Below are positions 59,653-64,000 of a stretch of 64,000 bases of DNA, one piece after another (the first letter of the stretch is position 1; every line of letters starts with the position of its first letter). Under the pieces are notes generated by a model that searched no databases, was not told the origin of the DNA, and saw nothing but the letters and a program-made list of their open reading frames with translations. Source of the stretch: Alphaproteobacteria bacterium (GTDB taxonomy: Bacteria > Pseudomonadota > Alphaproteobacteria > UBA6615); contig JAALLF010000004.1 of assembly GCA_011087645.1 (NCBI GenBank), forward strand, positions 76,987 to 140,986. The letters run 5' to 3'. The position numbers and the translations under genes were made by a program.

Positions 59653-60513
59653 ATGTCACGCCTTAAACCCGATGGCCTCAACGCCAAACAAATAGAATTC
59701 TGGAACGGTCCGGCCGGCGATAGCTGGACCGAGTTCATGGACAGCCAGGACCGCATGCTCGGGCCCCTCGGCGAAGCGGCGATGGCGGCGGCCAATCTAG
59801 CGAGCGGCCATCGCGTCATCGACATCGGCTGCGGTTGCGGCACGACAACCCTCGAACTGGCGCAGCGCGTGGGCCCGTCGGGCCATGTGCTCGGCGTCGA
59901 TATTTCCACGCCCATGCTGGACCGCGCCGGCCAACGTGCGTCACTCGAAAAGAATAGCTCGATCGAGTTTCAGAACAGCGACGCCGCAACCCATCGTTTC
60001 GCGCCGCAATCGTTCGACCGGGTGTTTTCACGCTTCGGCGTGATGTTCTTTGCCGATCCGGTAGCGGCATTCGCCAATATACGAACCGCACTCAAACCCG
60101 CAGGCCGTTTAGCGTTCGTGTGCTGGCAGCCGCTTGATCTAAACCCTTGGATGGCCACCACCCTGTCCGTGGCGGCGCAATATCTCGAACGACCTGAACC
60201 GCCGGGGCCCAACGACCCGGGCCCCTTCGCCTTTCGTGAACCAGACCGGGTAACGGCGATATTGACTGAGGCCGGTTTCTCCAATGTCACCCTGACGCCA
60301 AACCCGCAGGCCTTGGCTTTCGAAGCAGATATCGCCGGCACAGTGAACAAACTCGTCCAGCTCGGCCCCATGGCGCAGCCGATTGCCCAGGCGCCGGAGG
60401 ATGTTCAAGATCAAATACGCGCCGACGTGGCATCGTCGATCGCAGATTATTTGACCGGTGACGGCGTGAAAATCGACAGTGCTAGCTGGATTGTAAGCGC
60501 CGACAACCCCTGA
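59653..60513 (+). CDS. Class I SAM-dependent methyltransferase
   Basis: SAM motif I VIDIGCGCGTTT; the likely start is MSRLKPDG at 59653, which overlaps the marR stop in a TGAcATG arrangement. Confidence 0.72.
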   Translation: MSRLKPDGLNAKQIEFWNGPAGDSWTEFMDSQDRMLGPLGEAAMAAANLASGHRVIDIGCGCGTTTLELAQRVGPSGHVLGVDISTPMLDRAGQRASLEKNSSIEFQNSDAATHRFAPQSFDRVFSRFGVMFFADPVAAFANIRTALKPAGRLAFVCWQPLDLNPWMATTLSVAAQYLERPEPPGPNDPGPFAFREPDRVTAILTEAGFSNVTLTPNPQALAFEADIAGTVNKLVQLGPMAQPIAQAPEDVQDQIRADVASSIADYLTGDGVKIDSASWIVSADNP

Positions 60514-60594
60514 TCCGGAGGGCCGGTATCGTTGCGGTGACTCCCGTCTCTGTGATAATCGCGGGGCGATATTCACTAACCTAGGTCCGGACGC

Positions 60595-61047
60595 GTGGCA
60601 GAAAGCCCGACGGTGTGGGTCCTCAATGGACCAAACTTAAATCTTTTAGGGGAACGCGAGCCCGACACCTATGGGGGCGAGACCCTGGCGGACATCGAGA
60701 AACGCTGTGCCAAGGCCGTTAAACAGGCGGGATTGGCCCTGGAATTCCGTCAGACCAATCATGAAGGTGAGTTAGTCGCTTGGATCCAAGAAGCCCGAGA
60801 CAGCGCGGCCGGTCTAGCGATAAATGCCGGCGCCTACACCCATACTTCGGTTGCCCTGCACGATGCGCTGCGCCTTCTGACCATCCCCATCGTCGAAGTG
60901 CACCTTTCCAATATTTTTGCCCGTGAAGAGTTCCGCCATCATTCTTACGTCAGCGGTGCGGCGACCGGCGTCATATGCGGCTTTGGCGGCGATAGCTACC
61001 TGTTGGCGCTGCAGGCGCTCAGCGGCAAAATTTCCGAGCAAAGTTGA
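60595..61047 (+). CDS. aroQ: Type II 3-dehydroquinate dehydratase
   Basis: [15 protein letters not shown]...HEGELV motifs. Confidence 0.92.
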   Translation: MAESPTVWVLNGPNLNLLGEREPDTYGGETLADIEKRCAKAVKQAGLALEFRQTNHEGELVAWIQEARDSAAGLAINAGAYTHTSVALHDALRLLTIPIVEVHLSNIFAREEFRHHSYVSGAATGVICGFGGDSYLLALQALSGKISEQS

Positions 61048-61053
61048 AGCCCC

Positions 61054-61515
61054 ATGGACGATAAATTCGACGTTGATTCAGACTTGGTTCGCAAACTGTC
61101 CGAACTTCTGACAGAAACCGGGCTCGGCGAAATCGAGTACGAGGATGGCGGCAAACGCATCAGAGTGGCCATGCCCGGCGCCGTGACAGCAATTGCCGCA
61201 ACCCCGCCGGTCACAGCTGTTCCGGCGCCGAGCGCGGAAACCGAAACTGGCGAGGCGAGCGCCGCGGAAGCATCGGCCCATCCCGGCGCCGTCACCTCAC
61301 CGATGGTGGGCACCATCTACATGTCGCCCGCGCCCGGCGAGGCGCCGTTTGTGCGCACCGGCGAATCAGTCGCCAAGGGGCAAACGATCCTGGTCGTGGA
61401 AGCAATGAAAACCTTCAATGAAATCGCCGCCCCACGCGCGGGCACCCTCGCCCGGTTTATCGTTTCCGACGGCCAGCCGGTCGAATATGGCGAAGCGCTC
61501 GCCCTGATTGAATAG
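61054..61515 (+). CDS. accB: Acetyl-CoA carboxylase biotin carboxyl carrier protein
   Basis: Ala/Pro-rich linker, then the biotinyl domain EAMKTFNEI. Confidence 0.9.
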   Translation: MDDKFDVDSDLVRKLSELLTETGLGEIEYEDGGKRIRVAMPGAVTAIAATPPVTAVPAPSAETETGEASAAEASAHPGAVTSPMVGTIYMSPAPGEAPFVRTGESVAKGQTILVVEAMKTFNEIAAPRAGTLARFIVSDGQPVEYGEALALIE

Positions 61516-61531
61516 GGCCGGTCCAACCTCG

Positions 61532-62872
61532 ATGTTCGAAAAAATCCTCATCGCGAACCGCGGCGAGATTGCCTTACGCATTCATCGCGCCTGCAAGGAG
61601 ATGAGCATAGCCACGGTCGCCGTCCATTCGACGGCAGACGCCGAGGCGATGCATGTGCGCCTGGCCGACGAGAGCGTCTGCATCGGCCCCCCGGCGGCTA
61701 GCGAGAGTTATCTCAATATCCCCGCCATCGTTTCCGCGGCCACGGTCACCAACGCCGACGCCATTCACCCCGGTTATGGGTTCTTGTCGGAAAACGCCAA
61801 TTTCGCCCGCATCGTCGAAGAACATGACTTCGCGTTCATTGGACCGAAATCCGAGCACATTGCCGAGATGGGCGACAAGGTGGCGGCCAAGGCGGCGATG
61901 CGCGCCGCCAATGTTCCCGTCGTGCCGGGCTCGGACGGCGCGGTGAGCGATGCGGCCGAAGCCACCCGCGTGGCCGAGGAGATCGGCTATCCGGTTCTCA
62001 TCAAGGCGGCCTCGGGCGGCGGCGGCCGGGGCATGAAGGTGGTCACCAATAACGACGAAGTCAGCGCCGCCCTGAGCATGGCGCAGAACGAGGCCAAAAC
62101 CAATTTCGGCGACGCCACGGTGTATCTCGAAAAGTATTTGGGACAACCGCGACACATCGAGGTGCAGGTGCTCGCCGACGGACAAGGCAACGCCGTCCAC
62201 CTGTTCGAACGCGACTGCTCGTTGCAGCGCAACCACCAGAAGGTTCTCGAGGAAGCGCCGTCGCCGTCGCTCGCCGAAAGCGAGCGGCAGCGGATCGGTG
62301 AAATATGCTGCGCGGCGGCCCAACGCCTGGGCTATCGCAGCGCCGGCACGTTCGAGTTTCTGTACGAGAATGGCGAATTCTATTTCATCGAAATGAATAC
62401 CCGGGTGCAGGTCGAACATCCGATCACGGAAATGATCTGCGGCGTCGACATCGTGCGGGAAATGATCCGCATCGCCGCCGGCGAACCTCTGTCGCTCCGC
62501 CAAAAGGACATTGCGTTGAACGGCCACGCCATCGAGTGCCGGATCAATGCGGAGAACCCAGAGACGTTCGCGCCCTCGCCCGGCCGCATTACCGAGTTCC
62601 ATACGCCGGGTGGGCTCGGCGTGCGGGTCGATTCGGCGCTGTATGCCGGCTACACCGTGCCGCCCTATTACGACAGCCTGGTCGCGAAATTGATCGTTCA
62701 CGCAGGCAGTCGCGAAGATTGTCTGCTGCGGTTGCGCCGCGCGCTGGATGAAATGGTCGTCTCGGGCATCGAGACCACCATTCCGCTGCACCAGCACGTT
62801 ATCGACGATGCCTCATTTGCGGCCGGCGATTATGATATTCATTGGCTCGAGAAATTGGTGGCAGACAATTAA
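61532..62872 (+). CDS. accC: Acetyl-CoA carboxylase biotin carboxylase subunit
   Basis: [17 protein letters not shown] start at ATG 61532; ATP-grasp motifs. Confidence 0.92.
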   Translation: MFEKILIANRGEIALRIHRACKEMSIATVAVHSTADAEAMHVRLADESVCIGPPAASESYLNIPAIVSAATVTNADAIHPGYGFLSENANFARIVEEHDFAFIGPKSEHIAEMGDKVAAKAAMRAANVPVVPGSDGAVSDAAEATRVAEEIGYPVLIKAASGGGGRGMKVVTNNDEVSAALSMAQNEAKTNFGDATVYLEKYLGQPRHIEVQVLADGQGNAVHLFERDCSLQRNHQKVLEEAPSPSLAESERQRIGEICCAAAQRLGYRSAGTFEFLYENGEFYFIEMNTRVQVEHPITEMICGVDIVREMIRIAAGEPLSLRQKDIALNGHAIECRINAENPETFAPSPGRITEFHTPGGLGVRVDSALYAGYTVPPYYDSLVAKLIVHAGSREDCLLRLRRALDEMVVSGIETTIPLHQHVIDDASFAAGDYDIHWLEKLVADN

Positions 62873-62881
62873 GCGGCGCTG

Positions 62882-63532
62882 ATGACCGTCCTCACCCCGC
62901 AGACCCTGTTGGGCGCCTACGCCAGCGGCATTTTCCCAATGGCCGAAAGCCGTCACGATCCGGACCTCTACTGGATCGACCCCGATGTGCGCGGCATCAT
63001 CCCCCTCGCCGAGCTTCACATTCCGCGGCGATTACGGCGCACCCTGCGAAATGGCCCCTACGACATCCGCGCCGATTCCGATTTTATTGGGGTGATCAGG
63101 GGCTGCGCCGAGCAAACCCACGGCCGCCCCGACACCTGGATCAATACCGAGATCGAAGGGCTTTATAACGCGCTGTTCGATATGGGTTTCGCCCACTCGC
63201 TGGAAACCTGGCAGGACGGCGAATTGGTCGGCGGCCTCTATGGTGTCTCGCTGGGCGGCGCATTCTTTGGGGAAAGCATGTTTTCGCGCGCCCGCGACGC
63301 CAGCAAGGTGGCCCTGTGCCATTTGGCGGCGCGGCTGGTGAAAAGCGGCTTCACCTTGTTGGACACCCAGTTTCTAACCGAGCATCTGCGTCAATTCGGC
63401 GCCATTGAAATCGCCCGCCCCGACTATAAGGCGCGCCTTTCCGCGGCGATAAAGATCTCGGCGGTGTTTCAGCCCGAATTGTCCGGTGACGAGTTGGAAG
63501 CCTTCATACAGTCGACCACCCAGACATCGTAG
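62882..63532 (+). CDS. aat: Leucyl/phenylalanyl-tRNA-protein transferase
   Basis: [12 protein letters not shown]...[12 protein letters not shown]...[23 protein letters not shown] motifs. Confidence 0.9.
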   Translation: MTVLTPQTLLGAYASGIFPMAESRHDPDLYWIDPDVRGIIPLAELHIPRRLRRTLRNGPYDIRADSDFIGVIRGCAEQTHGRPDTWINTEIEGLYNALFDMGFAHSLETWQDGELVGGLYGVSLGGAFFGESMFSRARDASKVALCHLAARLVKSGFTLLDTQFLTEHLRQFGAIEIARPDYKARLSAAIKISAVFQPELSGDELEAFIQSTTQTS

Positions 63533-63912
63533 ACCGCGTGCTCCAGGGCCGAGAGGGCCGGACTCGACGCGAACATCCACCCGCTAAACAATTCGATCGG
63601 GTCGCCGTCGAGGCGGGTATCCGTTATCTCGAGAAACGCCGTGCTCTCGGGCGGCTCGGTCGGCGGCGTTTTGTGACAGGCGCGCACGCGAATAGACAGG
63701 GTGCCGAAGCTCACCTCTTCATCGGTGGCGACCGGGAAGGTCGATATGCGTGCGGTAACCTTATCGAGGCCCTGTAACACCGCGCCCGGCGCGGACGGCG
63801 GCACCAGCGGGGGCTCGTCGCGAGATGATTGCGCTGTAGCCGGCAACGCCAGCATAGTAATAGCCACGGCGGTGCAGATGCTTAACGAGCTTATCGCTAT
63901 TGGCACGCTCAC
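63469..63912 (-). CDS. Secreted DUF2155-like protein
   Basis: Signal peptide ending in ATAQS; conserved alphaproteobacterial neighbour of aat. Its 3' end overlaps aat by 64 nt (convergent), so one of the two stops or starts may be miscalled. Confidence 0.45.
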   Translation of the reverse strand: MSVPIAISSLSICTAVAITMLALPATAQSSRDEPPLVPPSAPGAVLQGLDKVTARISTFPVATDEEVSFGTLSIRVRACHKTPPTEPPESTAFLEITDTRLDGDPIELFSGWMFASSPALSALEHAVYDVWVVDCMKASNSSPDNSG

Positions 63913-64000
63913 CGCTCGTCCGTTGCCAGGAATATTATTTCCGACACGGTATCCTCCAGCGAGCGAAAATCGCGGGTCTGGGAAATTTCACCACCATCCG

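Noticed and set aside
61574-62797. 407-aa minus-strand ORF antisense to accC
   Set aside because: The plus frame is canonical biotin carboxylase; the antisense translation has no motifs and a skewed composition.
1-64000. Search for tRNA, rRNA, CRISPR arrays, IS elements and integrases
   Set aside because: No cloverleaf-compatible 70-90 nt GC-rich segments in the intergenic regions; no tandem spaced direct repeats; no transposase- or integrase-like ORFs. The window looks like core chromosome, not a mobile island.

Overview
This 64 kb window is a gene-dense, high-GC stretch of what looks like an alphaproteobacterial chromosome (Rhodospirillales-like). That placement rests on gene order and content: plsX-fabH-ihfA-merR, yceD-rpmF, nusB-ribH-ribBA-ribE-ribD-nrdR-glyA, aroQ-accB-accC-aat, rpoZ-rsh, a MucR/Ros regulator, both Bpt and Aat N-degron transferases, and a divergent hppD/marR pair. 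About 70 protein-coding genes are supported, and almost all of them are housekeeping: fatty-acid and lipid initiation, ribosomal protein L32, riboflavin and thiamine biosynthesis, H+-pyrophosphatase, rpoH, valine catabolism (acyl-CoA dehydrogenase, 3-hydroxyisobutyryl-CoA hydrolase, mmsB), hemB, peroxiredoxin, motAB, a three-component TRAP transporter, parC, recO, era, rnc, lepB, acpS, pdxJ, the (p)ppGpp synthetase/hydrolase, folK, a family-4/5 uracil-DNA glycosylase, and hppD plus a FAH-family hydrolase. I saw no rRNA, tRNA, CRISPR array, transposase or integrase. Several rho-independent-type hairpins and operator-like palindromes are visible in the intergenic regions. The most unusual things I could see are these: (1) a TRAP DctM-type large permease fused in frame to a cytoplasmic coiled-coil domain of about 340 aa; (2) a MarR-family regulator carrying a 9-cysteine C-terminal domain, sitting next to two small 2-TM proteins directly upstream of rpoH; (3) a methyl-accepting chemotaxis protein whose periplasmic domain carries a CxxCH heme-c motif; (4) a MucR/Ros regulator in which the second zinc-ligand Cys is replaced by Asp; (5) a NYN-domain protein with a poly-acidic DY-repeat tail; and (6) a perfect 20-bp palindrome in the hppD/marR divergent promoter. 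All functional calls come from reading the translated ORFs by eye. I ran no database searches.
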